Shown here: one piece after another, positions 23,505 through 32,000 of the stretch | Position numbering within the stretch: the stretch's first letter is position 1 | How the letters are laid out: each line of letters opens with the position of its first letter | From: Haloferax volcanii DS2 | GTDB taxonomy: Archaea; Halobacteriota; Halobacteria; Halobacteriales; Haloferacaceae | DNA: 32,000 nt | Direction of reading: 5' to 3' | Assembly: GCF_000025685.1 (NCBI RefSeq) | Contig: NC_013967.1 | Location: 1,200,001 to 1,232,000 of the forward strand | Made by a program: the position numbers and the translations under genes | The notes under the pieces: model-generated | Databases searched by the model: none | Told to the model about the DNA's origin: nothing | What the model saw: the letters and a program-made list of their open reading frames with translations, nothing else

Positions 23505-23834
23505 CTACCCCTTCTTGAAGCCGACGAGGAAACCGCCGGAGAAGCCGGCGGAGATAGACAGGGTCGAGAGCACCGTCGAAATCCAGTCCGGCGGCGCGCC
23601 GGTCGCGGCGTCCTGCGTGGCGCTCACGAGGCCGCCGGTGAGGCGCTCCCAGTCGACGGTGATGATGCCCCGCGATTCGAGGAACTTGAACACGGCGAGT
23701 TCGAGGCCGACGATGACGGCGATGAGCTTCGCGATTTTCTTGGCCGCGAAGCCGATGATACCGCCGATGACGGCCCCGCTCCCGAACTCGATGCCGAGCT
23801 GCTGCGGGTCGATGCTCAGTTGCAAGGGGTCCAT
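23505..23834 (-). CDS. FUN14-family membrane protein
   Basis: 109 aa from ATG 23834. The sequence is GSGAVIGGIIGFAAKKIAKLIAVIVGLELAVFKFLESRGIITVDW. TATA CTTATA (complement of 23858-23863) is centred about 27 nt upstream. Confidence 0.7.
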   Translation of the reverse strand: MDPLQLSIDPQQLGIEFGSGAVIGGIIGFAAKKIAKLIAVIVGLELAVFKFLESRGIITVDWERLTGGLVSATQDAATGAPPDWISTVLSTLSISAGFSGGFLVGFKKG

Positions 23835-23857
23835 ACGGCGAACATCCCGCCCGTTGG

Positions 23858-23863
23858 TATAAG
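23858..23863 (-). promoter_or_regulatory. TATA-like element (CTTATA) for the FUN14 gene
   Basis: Centred about 27 nt upstream of ATG 23834. Confidence 0.45.
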
Positions 23864-24074
23864 TGATTTGTGGGGAGACTGTCGCAGTCACCGAACTGTC
23901 AGGTCGCGTCCGGGCAACCTACAAGAGTCCCGGCGTCCAAACGCGGCCATGGAACGGGAGGTGACGGGACGCCATCTCGACGCGTGACCCCGGCCGAGCG
24001 GGGCTTAAGTGCCTCCGGCGGCTAGTACCGACTGACACAGTGCAGGCTACGTACCCCACACTCGAGGTGCGGCG

Positions 24075-25376
24075 ATGAGTCGCGTCGTCGTCGCGAAGCG
24101 CGTCGACCGCGGCGACGCCGACCTCACGGAGATTTCCGACCTCGCCCGCGCGGCGGGCTACGAGGTGGTCGGCGAACTCACCCAGACCCGAGAGGAGGAC
24201 GCCGCGTTCCACTTCGGCGAAGGGAAGGTCGGCGAGTTAGCGTCGCTCGTCGCGCGTGAGGACGCCGTCGCCGTCGTCTTCGACAACCGACTGGGCCCCT
24301 ACCAGACGTACAACATCGCCCAGAAGCTCCCGGACGACGCGGAGGTCATCGACCGCTTCACGCTCATCCTCGAAATCTTCGGCCAGCGGGCCAACACCCG
24401 CAAGGCGCAGCTACAGGTCGAACTCGCGGAGCTACGCTACGAACTGCCCCGCGCCGAGGCGAAGGCGTCGCTGGCGAAGCGCGACGAGCGCCCCGGGTTC
24501 ATGGGCCTCGGCGAGTACGACGAGAGCCGCGAGCAGGACATCAAGGCCCAGATTTCGCGCATCAAGAACGAACTGGACGCCATCGCGGACAAAGAGGAGA
24601 CCCGGCGCGAACAGCGCCGCGAGTCCGGCTTCGACCTCGTGGCCCTCGCGGGCTACACGAACGCCGGGAAGTCGACGCTGATGCAACGGCTCGCCGCCGA
24701 CCTCGAAGTCGGCCAGAACGACGAACTCCACCCGGACCTCGACCCGACCGCGGAGTCCCAAGACAAGCTGTTTACGACGCTCGGGACGACCACGCGCCGC
24801 GCCGAGACGGGCAAGCGAGACGTGCTTCTCACCGACACGGTCGGGTTCGTCTCGGACCTCCCCCACTGGCTGGTGGAGTCGTTCAAGTCCACGCTCGATT
24901 CGGTCTACCGGGCCGACCTCGTGTTGCTCGTCGTGGACGCCTCCGAACCCGTCGAGGAGATGCGCGAAAAGCTCGTCACGAGCCACGACACGCTCTACGA
25001 GCGCAACGAAGCGCCCATCGTGACCGTGTTCAACAAGGTGGACAAGGTCGAGGCCGAGGAACTCGAGGAAAAGCGCGCGGCGCTGTCGGCGCTCGCGCCC
25101 AATCCGGTCGCCGTCTCGGGGCTGACCGGCGAGAACGTCGAGGAACTGGCCGACCGCGTCGAGGGCGAACTGCCCGCGTGGAAGCGCGAGCGACTGCTGT
25201 TGCCGATGGCCGACGACACGATGAGCCTCGTCTCGTGGCTCTACGACCACGCCCACGTCGAGGCCGAGGAGTACGAGGGCGAACAGGTCCACGTCGAGTT
25301 CGAGGCGCGCCCCGCAATCGTCGAGAAGGCGCGGGCGAAGGCCGCCGACCTCTCCGCGCCGACCGACTCGGCCTGA
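24075..25376 (+). CDS. hflX: GTPase HflX
   Basis: 433 aa with an HflX N-domain. G1 is GYTNAGKST, G3 is DTVGF and G4 is NKVD. Confidence 0.93.
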   Translation: MSRVVVAKRVDRGDADLTEISDLARAAGYEVVGELTQTREEDAAFHFGEGKVGELASLVAREDAVAVVFDNRLGPYQTYNIAQKLPDDAEVIDRFTLILEIFGQRANTRKAQLQVELAELRYELPRAEAKASLAKRDERPGFMGLGEYDESREQDIKAQISRIKNELDAIADKEETRREQRRESGFDLVALAGYTNAGKSTLMQRLAADLEVGQNDELHPDLDPTAESQDKLFTTLGTTTRRAETGKRDVLLTDTVGFVSDLPHWLVESFKSTLDSVYRADLVLLVVDASEPVEEMREKLVTSHDTLYERNEAPIVTVFNKVDKVEAEELEEKRAALSALAPNPVAVSGLTGENVEELADRVEGELPAWKRERLLLPMADDTMSLVSWLYDHAHVEAEEYEGEQVHVEFEARPAIVEKARAKAADLSAPTDSA

Positions 25377-25437
25377 GTCGAACCGTCGGAGCCGCCCGCC
25401 TCGGCGCGGACGGCGGAAGTCGGACCGCCGACCCGAC

Positions 25438-25965
25438 TCAGTCGAGCGTCTCTTTTTCCTTCGTGACGACTTCGACGTCCGAGATGCGCGTCCCCGGATA
25501 CTGGCCGTCGTCGTTTTTCTCCGCGGCTTTCACCATGTCCCAGACGACGTTGAGGCCGGTCGTCACGCCCTCTAACGCCTCCATCTCACAGCCCGTCTTG
25601 CCGGTCGTGCCGACCGTCACGGAGAGCGCGACCGACTCGTCGGCCACCTCGAACTCGGTGTCGACGTTCGTGACGGGTATCTGGTGGCACATCGGAATCG
25701 TCTCCCACGTGTGTTTGACGGCCTGAATCGCGCCGATTCGGGCCGTCGCCAACACGTCGCCCTTTCCGATTTCGTCGTCGCGGATGGCCCGAACCGTCGC
25801 GGCGCTGAGGTGGATGGTCCCGCGGGCGACCGCCCGGCGGCGGCTGTCCGGTTTCGCGCCCACGTCGACCATCTGGACGTTGCCCTCCTCGTCGAGGTGC
25901 GTCAGGTCGCGGTCGTCGCCGTCGGCCGACTCGTTCGAGTCCGACCCGGCGCGCTCGTCGCTCAT
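25438..25965 (-). CDS. moaC: cyclic pyranopterin monophosphate synthase MoaC
   Basis: 175 aa. MVDVGAKP...KGDVL..ARIAGI.A.K.T...IPMCH and GKTG.EMEAL are conserved MoaC blocks. The start overlaps the nnr stop (ATGA). Confidence 0.94.
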   Translation of the reverse strand: MSDERAGSDSNESADGDDRDLTHLDEEGNVQMVDVGAKPDSRRRAVARGTIHLSAATVRAIRDDEIGKGDVLATARIGAIQAVKHTWETIPMCHQIPVTNVDTEFEVADESVALSVTVGTTGKTGCEMEALEGVTTGLNVVWDMVKAAEKNDDGQYPGTRISDVEVVTKEKETLD

Positions 25966-27398
25966 TCGTCGTCACCTCGGAGGCCGACGGGCAGTCGTTC
26001 GAGTAGGTCGGTCGCGACGAGGCCGCCGCCGAACTCGTCGGCGGCGAGGTCGCCCGCGCGGCCGTTCGCGTAGGCCGCGACGGCGGCCGCGTCGAGCGGG
26101 GGCAGGACGGCCGCGAGCGCGCCGGTCGCGCCCGCGAGCACGTCTCCAGTGCCGCCGACGGTCATGCCGGGGTTCCCGGTCCGGTTGACGCGGACCGCGT
26201 CGCCGTCTGAAACCACGTCGTACGCGCCCTTCACGAGGAGCGTGTGGCCGAGGTCGGCGGCGAACTCGCGGACGAGGTCGCTCCGCGTCTCCCAGTCGGC
26301 GTCGGTCTCGCCGCCCATCTTCCGCAACTCGCCCTGATGGGGCGTGCAAATCAGGGTCGCCTCGGTCTCCACCTCGGGGACGACCTGCAGGGCGTCGGCG
26401 TCGACGACGGCGGTCCCGTCGTAGGCGGCGAGGAACTCGCGGACCGCGTCGAGCGACTCGTCGGCGTCGCCGAGGCCGGGGCCGAAGACGACGACGTCGC
26501 GGTCGGCGGCGAAATCGAGGAGGTCGGGGACGTGCTCGGGCGCGAGCCGGTCGCCCGAGAAGCCGCGGACGATGAGGTTCTCGGAGTAGCCCTGCACCTC
26601 GCGGGCGACGCCTTCGGGGCAGGCGACGCGGGCGAGGTCCGCGCCGGCTCTGAGGGCCGACTGCGCGGCGAGCGCGGGCGCGCCGGTGTACGGGCCGCCA
26701 CCCACGACGAGCACGTCGCCGTGGTCGCCCTTGTGGCTCTGGGCGTCGCGGTCGAGCGCGAGGAGGTCGCCGGGGCCGGTGAACAACTCGGCGGCCTCGG
26801 GGATGCCGATGTCGGCGACGACGACCTCGCAGTCGAGGTCACCGAGACCGGGCTTGTCGTCGTGGAAGGTGACGACCCGGTCGGCGTCGACCGCGAGGCC
26901 CGCCGCGTCGCCTGTGTCGGCGTCGACGCCGGAGGGCACGTCCACCGCGAGGACGGTCGCGGACGACTCGTTGATGGCGCGCGCGGCCGTCGCCTCGGGT
27001 TCGCGGAGCGCGCCGGTGACGCCGGTGCCGAGCATCGCATCCACGACGAGGTCCGGGTCGCCGAGGTCGACGGCGACCGAGTCGGTGACGGTCCGGCGGT
27101 CGGCCTCGCCCGCGACGAGGGCGTCCCAGTTCTCGCGGGCGATGTCGGTCGAAATCGTCTCGGGGCGGCCGAGCAGGTGGACGGTCACGTCGTACGCCTT
27201 CAGGAACCGCGCGGCGACGAGCGCGTCGCCGCCGTTGTTGCTGCGGCCGGCGACGACTGCGACCGACGCGCCGGGGTCCGCGAGGTCGCGGCACGCCCGC
27301 GCGACGGCGTTCCCGCTCGACTCCATGAGCTGTTTCCGCGGCACGCCGAGCGCCTCGGCGTTCAGGTCGACCGCGGCCATGCGTCGACTCGTAATCAT
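25962..27398 (-). CDS. nnr: bifunctional NAD(P)H-hydrate repair enzyme Nnr (epimerase + ADP-dependent dehydratase)
   Basis: 478 aa from ATG 27398. It has an N-terminal YjeF_N domain (GRSNNGGDALVAARFL) and a C-terminal carbohydrate-kinase-like domain (GGTGDVLAG). Confidence 0.9.
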   Translation of the reverse strand: MITSRRMAAVDLNAEALGVPRKQLMESSGNAVARACRDLADPGASVAVVAGRSNNGGDALVAARFLKAYDVTVHLLGRPETISTDIARENWDALVAGEADRRTVTDSVAVDLGDPDLVVDAMLGTGVTGALREPEATAARAINESSATVLAVDVPSGVDADTGDAAGLAVDADRVVTFHDDKPGLGDLDCEVVVADIGIPEAAELFTGPGDLLALDRDAQSHKGDHGDVLVVGGGPYTGAPALAAQSALRAGADLARVACPEGVAREVQGYSENLIVRGFSGDRLAPEHVPDLLDFAADRDVVVFGPGLGDADESLDAVREFLAAYDGTAVVDADALQVVPEVETEATLICTPHQGELRKMGGETDADWETRSDLVREFAADLGHTLLVKGAYDVVSDGDAVRVNRTGNPGMTVGGTGDVLAGATGALAAVLPPLDAAAVAAYANGRAGDLAADEFGGGLVATDLLERLPVGLRGDDE

Positions 27399-27430
27399 AC
27401 GCCCCCGTTCGCCCGGCGGCGCGTTAACAC

Positions 27431-28672
27431 ATGTGGTCGCGGGTCGGATTCGCAACGTTTGACTCGGGGCCGACTGAGTTCGAGGTAGTGACTCGCCGCC
27501 TCTTCGGAACTCTCTGCGGACTCGTCTTCCTCGTCAACTTCGGCCGCGTCGCGTTCCCGCCGCTCGTCGAGACGCTCCAGACCCAGTTTTCTGTCGGCCC
27601 GGCGACCATCGGCGTCGTGACGAGCCTCGTCTGGCTCGGCACCGCCATCCCGCGCATCCCCGTCGGCTACCTCCTCACGCGCGTCTCGCGGTCGAAGGTC
27701 GTCCTCGGGTCGGGGACGCTCCTCGTCGTTGCCGCGGCGTTCACCGCGAGCGCGACGTCGGTGCTGACGCTCCAAATCGGGGCGTTCGGCCTCGGCCTCG
27801 CCTCGGGCGCGTACTTCGTCTCCGCGACCCCGCTCGTCGGCGAACTGTACCCCGAGCGCGTCGGCCGCATGGTCGGCATCCACGGCGCGGCCAGTCAGGT
27901 CGCCGCCGTCGTCGCCGCGCCCGTCGTCGTCTTCATCCTCGCGTCGTACTCGTGGCGCGAGACGTTCTGGGTGCTGGCGGCCGCCGGCGCGCTCGTGACG
28001 CTCCTCCTCTACGCCGTCTCCCGCGACGGGAGCGCGGGGGCCGGCACGGGCGCGGACCGCGACTTCTCCGCCGCGCTCGGCCACTGGAAGCTCATCCTCA
28101 CGGGCATCCTCCTCATCGCGCCCGCGGGGTTCGTCTGGCAGGGCCTGTTCAACTTCCTCGTGTCGTACATGACGCAGGCGAAGGCGTTCGACGCCGCCAC
28201 CGCGAGCACGATGCTCACCATCGTCTTCGCGGCGGGCGTCCCCGCGTTCTCGCTGTCGGGCCGCCTCGCGGACAACCTCCCGCACGTCCCGTACATCTTC
28301 GGCCTGCTCGTCGCCTTCATCGGCGCGCTCGTCGCCCTGACGTACGCGCAGGGCTTCGTCGCCGTCGCGGCCGTCGTCGCGGTGCTCGGCTACGTCATCC
28401 ACAGCCTGTTTCCCGCGCTGGACACGTTCATGCTCTCGTCGCTGCCGAGCGACGCCCGCGGGAGCGCCTACGCCGTCTTCAGCGGCGCGGCGCTCCTCTT
28501 GGAGGCCAACGGGAGCGGCGCGGTCGGCTTCCTGACCGAGGCGAACTACGCCTTCGAGGCGGTGTTTCGGACGCTCGCTGGGGGGCTCGCGGTGTTCGTC
28601 TCCGCGCTCGCCGTCCTCTACGCGGTGAACCGGCTCCCCGGTGTCGACCGGGTCGACCTATCGAGTGACTGA
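27431..28672 (+). CDS. MFS transporter
   Basis: About 12 hydrophobic segments with MFS-like loop motifs. ATG 27431 is taken as the start, but GTG 27488 (MTRRLFG...) is a plausible alternative. Confidence 0.85.
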   Translation: MWSRVGFATFDSGPTEFEVVTRRLFGTLCGLVFLVNFGRVAFPPLVETLQTQFSVGPATIGVVTSLVWLGTAIPRIPVGYLLTRVSRSKVVLGSGTLLVVAAAFTASATSVLTLQIGAFGLGLASGAYFVSATPLVGELYPERVGRMVGIHGAASQVAAVVAAPVVVFILASYSWRETFWVLAAAGALVTLLLYAVSRDGSAGAGTGADRDFSAALGHWKLILTGILLIAPAGFVWQGLFNFLVSYMTQAKAFDAATASTMLTIVFAAGVPAFSLSGRLADNLPHVPYIFGLLVAFIGALVALTYAQGFVAVAAVVAVLGYVIHSLFPALDTFMLSSLPSDARGSAYAVFSGAALLLEANGSGAVGFLTEANYAFEAVFRTLAGGLAVFVSALAVLYAVNRLPGVDRVDLSSD

Positions 28673-28715
28673 TAGACGAAACGATTTACTTCCCCCCACC
28701 CGTGATGTCAGTTGT

Positions 28716-29099
28716 ATGTCAGGGTCGCGGCCGACTGACGGGAGCGTCGATACGACCGGTGAGTCAGACCCCCGGGTTCACTGGCTCGGCGACGACGAGA
28801 CGGCGCAACTCCTCGGGAGCCTCTCCTGTGACACCGCCCGCGACCTGCTGTCGTGTCTGCAAGAGTCGCCCGCGACGGCGACCGAACTCGCAACGCGGGT
28901 CGAGACCTCCGTCCAGAACACTCGCCACCATCTCGGGAACCTCATCGGCGCAGACCTCGTCCGCGTCGCCGACACCCGCTACTCAGAGAAGGGTCGCGAG
29001 ATGAAAGTGTACGCCGCCGCCCCGTTCGTCGTCTGTATCGGCGGCGACGGGGACGACCGCGAGGCCTTCGCTGAGGTCGTCTCCGCGTTCCTCGAATAG
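28716..29099 (+). CDS. ArsR-like winged-helix DNA-binding protein
   Basis: 127 aa from ATG 28716. The sequence is ARDLLSCLQESPATATELATRVETSVQNTRHHLGNLIGADLV. TATA-like GATTTACT (28683-28690) lies about 29 nt upstream. Confidence 0.75.
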   Translation: MSGSRPTDGSVDTTGESDPRVHWLGDDETAQLLGSLSCDTARDLLSCLQESPATATELATRVETSVQNTRHHLGNLIGADLVRVADTRYSEKGREMKVYAAAPFVVCIGGDGDDREAFAEVVSAFLE

Positions 29100-29186
29100 C
29101 TCGGTTCGCCTCGCGCCCCGTGCGCCGGGGGCTCGCTCTCGCGCGAACGTTCAAGTACGGGTCCGCGACCAGTCACCGACACCCCT

Positions 29187-31541
29187 ATGGCCGTCGCAAC
29201 TGGACCACAGAGCGTGACCTGGCAGGAGGTGTTCGGCCACCCGGAGGCGTACCCGGAGCAGGCCGACGGAATCGAAACCGCGATACAGACCGCCCGAGAC
29301 GACGGGTTCGCCGTCGTTGAGGGCGCGTGCGGGACCGGCAAGACGATGCTCGCGCTCACCGCCGGCATCGACCTCGTCCGCGACCCCGACTCCGACTACG
29401 AGCGCGTCTTCGTCCTCACGAGCGTCAAGCAACAGCTCCGGCAGTTCGAGGCCGACCTCCGAACCATCAACGAGAACCTCCCGACCGACTGGACGCCCGT
29501 CTCGGGGCTCACGCTCGTCGGCAAGTCCGACGTGTGTCCTTACAGCCGCGAGGGCTGCGGCGGCATCGACGACGCGACCGTCTACGACCGCTGTGAAGCC
29601 CTCCGCGACCGGACCCGCGGGCTCGTCGGCGACGGCGGCCGGACCAGCGCCGAGGCGCTCGCCAAAGACGCTCGCGAGCAACAGACCGGCCTCCTCGACA
29701 CCGGCTCGACGGCCGCGGGCCCGGACTACCTCGAAACCGCGGGCGACCCGACGCCGTACCCGACATCGATGCCGGAGTACGAGGACGTGGAGTACTGCCC
29801 CTTTTACGCGAACTTCCTCGCTGACCTCCCCGAGGACGGCGACCCAATCGAGGCCGTCCCCTTCGACTTCGACGACAAGGGACTCATCGGGACCGAAGAC
29901 CTCGTCTCGCTGGCCGCGGGCGCGGGGTCGTGTCCGCACTCCGTGATGGGCGCGCTGTTGCCCCACGTCGAGGTCGTCGTCGGCAACTACTACCACGCGT
30001 TCGACCCGACGACCGTCGGCACGTTCACCGGCGCGCTCGTCGACGACTCGACGTTCGTCATCTGCGACGAGGCGCACATGCTCGAACCCCGCGTCCGCGA
30101 CCTCGTCTCCGTCGGCGTCGGCGACCGGACGCTCCGCGACGCCGAAAGCGAGTTCACGCGCGTCATCCAGCCCGTGAAGTTCGACGACGCCGGCAAGTCC
30201 ACCGTCGACGCCGACCTCGTCCGCGGGGAGCTTCAGGAGGCCGACGTGACGCTCCGCGAACTGGAGGAGACCCGCGACTTCATCCGCGACCTCCGCGAGG
30301 AGCTCGACCGGCGCGTGACCGCCCATCTCGACCGCGAGTACGGCGGCTGGCGCGCCGACCCGACCGAACTCGACGACGAGGAACTCCCGCTGCGCGACCC
30401 CGAGGAGCCCGGCGTCGACGAACTCACCGAGTGGGCCGAGGAGCGCGGCCACGACGAGGGAACGTGGGTCCGCGCCGAGGCGACCGGCTCGGCGGTCGCC
30501 CGCATCCTCGACTCGGTCGAAGAGGACGACAAGCGCCGGGCCGCCCCCGCGGCGGGGCGGGCGCTTTCGACGTGGGCCTACGCCGACCACGAGAAGCACT
30601 TCCGCGAAATCGAACTCGAACGGACGTGGGACGAGATGGAGCCGCCGGAGTCGTGGCGGCGCGCGTACAACGCCCGGCTGTCGGTCCACAACTGCGTCCC
30701 CGGCGAGGCCATCGCGGAGCGCCTCGGCGACTTCGGCGGCGGCGTCCTCATGAGCGCGACGCTCGAACCCATCGACGTGTTCCGGCGCGTGACCGGCCTC
30801 GACGCCCTCGCCGACGACGGCCGCCCGGTGGCCGAGCGGACGTTCGGCCTCGGCTTCCCCGAGTCGAACCGCGCGAGCTTCGCCGTCGACGTGCCGAAGT
30901 TCACCCACAGCAACCGCGGGCCGCCCGGCGAGGAAAACGAGACGCGACTGGCGTACACCGACGCCGCGGTCGAGGTGTGCGAGCGGTCGCCGGGCAACGT
31001 CCTCGTCGGGATGCCGAACTACGCCGAGGCGGAGTGGATGGCGGGCGCGCTCGAAGCCCGCGTCGATAAGCCCGTCCTCCTCGACGAGTCGTCCGACGAC
31101 GGTGCGACGGAGCGACTCAAGCGCGACTTCTTCGGCGGCGAGGGGAAAGTGCTCGTGACGAGCCTCCGCGGCACGCTCACCGAGGGCGTCGATTACAGCG
31201 GCGACAAGCTCTCTGCCGCGGTCGTCTGCGGCGTCCCGCTCATCAACACGTCGTCGCCGCGGACCCGCGCGGTGAAGACCGCCTACGACCGCGAGTTCGG
31301 AGACGGCTTCGAGACGGCCTTGACCGTTCCCGCGGTCAGAAAGGCGCGACAGGCCATCGGGCGCGTCATCCGCGGCACCGACGAGGTCGGCGTCCGCGTC
31401 TTCGTCGACGCTCGGTACGCCCGCGACTCGTGGAACGGCGTCCGCGACTACCTACCGGCACAGGAGCGCGAGGAGTTCAGACCCGTCAGCCCGGACATGC
31501 TCGGCTTCGGCCTCGACCAGTTCTGGTCGTCGGCCGAGTAG
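29187..31541 (+). CDS. rad3: Rad3/XPD-family SF2 DNA helicase (Fe-S helicase)
   Basis: 784 aa. Walker A is GACGTGKT and the DEAH box is ICDEAHML. Four Cys are suitably placed for a 4Fe-4S domain (CPYSREGC...C...YCPFY), and C-terminal helicase motifs are present (GRVIRG). Confidence 0.9.
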   Translation: MAVATGPQSVTWQEVFGHPEAYPEQADGIETAIQTARDDGFAVVEGACGTGKTMLALTAGIDLVRDPDSDYERVFVLTSVKQQLRQFEADLRTINENLPTDWTPVSGLTLVGKSDVCPYSREGCGGIDDATVYDRCEALRDRTRGLVGDGGRTSAEALAKDAREQQTGLLDTGSTAAGPDYLETAGDPTPYPTSMPEYEDVEYCPFYANFLADLPEDGDPIEAVPFDFDDKGLIGTEDLVSLAAGAGSCPHSVMGALLPHVEVVVGNYYHAFDPTTVGTFTGALVDDSTFVICDEAHMLEPRVRDLVSVGVGDRTLRDAESEFTRVIQPVKFDDAGKSTVDADLVRGELQEADVTLRELEETRDFIRDLREELDRRVTAHLDREYGGWRADPTELDDEELPLRDPEEPGVDELTEWAEERGHDEGTWVRAEATGSAVARILDSVEEDDKRRAAPAAGRALSTWAYADHEKHFREIELERTWDEMEPPESWRRAYNARLSVHNCVPGEAIAERLGDFGGGVLMSATLEPIDVFRRVTGLDALADDGRPVAERTFGLGFPESNRASFAVDVPKFTHSNRGPPGEENETRLAYTDAAVEVCERSPGNVLVGMPNYAEAEWMAGALEARVDKPVLLDESSDDGATERLKRDFFGGEGKVLVTSLRGTLTEGVDYSGDKLSAAVVCGVPLINTSSPRTRAVKTAYDREFGDGFETALTVPAVRKARQAIGRVIRGTDEVGVRVFVDARYARDSWNGVRDYLPAQEREEFRPVSPDMLGFGLDQFWSSAE

Positions 31542-31592
31542 TCGCGGCCGGGGTCGCGCCGCGGCGGCGAGCGGACAGTCGTCAGGAGAGCG

Positions 31593-31781
31593 TCAGCGTT
31601 CGTCGTCCCACGCGTCCCGGCAGTCGTCGTCGCAGAAGTGCCGCGCCTGCACAGCGTCGTCTTCGACCCACGTAACGACGTGATGCGTCGGGTTGTTCGC
31701 AATCGGCTCCCCGCACGTCGCGCAGGTCGGGGCGTCTTCCGGGTCTACGTTCGCTTCCAAATCGGACGTGGGATCGACCAT
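31593..31781 (-). CDS. small zinc-binding protein (62 aa, C-x2-C ... C-x3-C, TRASH/YHS-like spacing)
   Basis: MVDPTSDLEANVDPEDAPTCATCGEPIANNPTHHVVTWVEDDAVQARHFCDDDCRDAWDDER. The frame is GC3-biased. GTG 31808 is an alternative start. Confidence 0.6.
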   Translation of the reverse strand: MVDPTSDLEANVDPEDAPTCATCGEPIANNPTHHVVTWVEDDAVQARHFCDDDCRDAWDDER

Positions 31782-32000
31782 TGACACCCAGATGGCGGTT
31801 CCGGGCACTTCAACCCGTCTCCGCCGGCAGAAGTCGCCCGACGGCGCGCCAGACAGCGCGCCCGACGCAACGAAACTGTGGAATCCACACCTGCGCGTCG
31901 GTGTGCACGGCTATGTATCACTCCGTACTCCCACTTGGTGCAACGTTTTGTAACCCACTGGTATTGTCAATGCCTACCACACTTAGTGAAGATTATGTAA

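Overview
The window is a densely packed, high-GC chromosomal segment with an acidic proteome. Its archaeal gene content points to a haloarchaeon (class Halobacteria): RPA, Cdc48, a GHMP-type shikimate kinase, SBDS, and Lhr- and XPD-type helicases. Gene order around the rpa1-rpap1-rpe operon resembles what is described for Haloferax, but I cannot name the species. I support about 38 protein genes on both strands, including two small genes below the track cut-off logic (one is absent from the track). I found no rRNA, tRNA, CRISPR array, IS element or integrase.

Content in order:
- surE, two small membrane proteins, an AAC(3)-type acetyltransferase and OsmC.
- A LysE exporter with a start-codon or frameshift problem.
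- aroK and chorismate mutase.
- Two coupled unknown proteins and a 44-aa zinc-finger micro-protein.
- Cdc48, a SAM methyltransferase, and a divergent trio (NDT/TIR-like protein, wHTH regulator, acidic alpha/beta protein).
- Lhr helicase, two coupled membrane proteins, and rpe-rpap1-rpa1.
- A DSPYQS-repeat protein, a GT4 glycosyltransferase, a riboflavin-pathway reductase, thioredoxin, NifU, SBDS, FUN14, HflX, MoaC and Nnr.
- An MFS transporter, a wHTH regulator with a Rad3/XPD helicase, and a TRASH-like zinc protein.

Most of this is ordinary housekeeping. I see no clear mobile or defence island. Candidates for something undescribed, all modest and inference-based:
- The NDT/TIR-like, wHTH and small acidic protein module next to lhr.
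- The translationally coupled unknown pair, whose second member looks like a degenerate GIY-YIG domain, together with the adjacent C2HC zinc-finger micro-protein.
- The roughly 345-residue hyper-acidic repeat tract of the RPA-associated protein, and the uncharacterised phosphoesterase in that operon.
- Two single-base frame problems: one at LysE codon 2, and one in a hydrophobic mini-ORF at 1433-1563.

The many long ORFs antisense to real genes are GC-driven shadow ORFs and were rejected.
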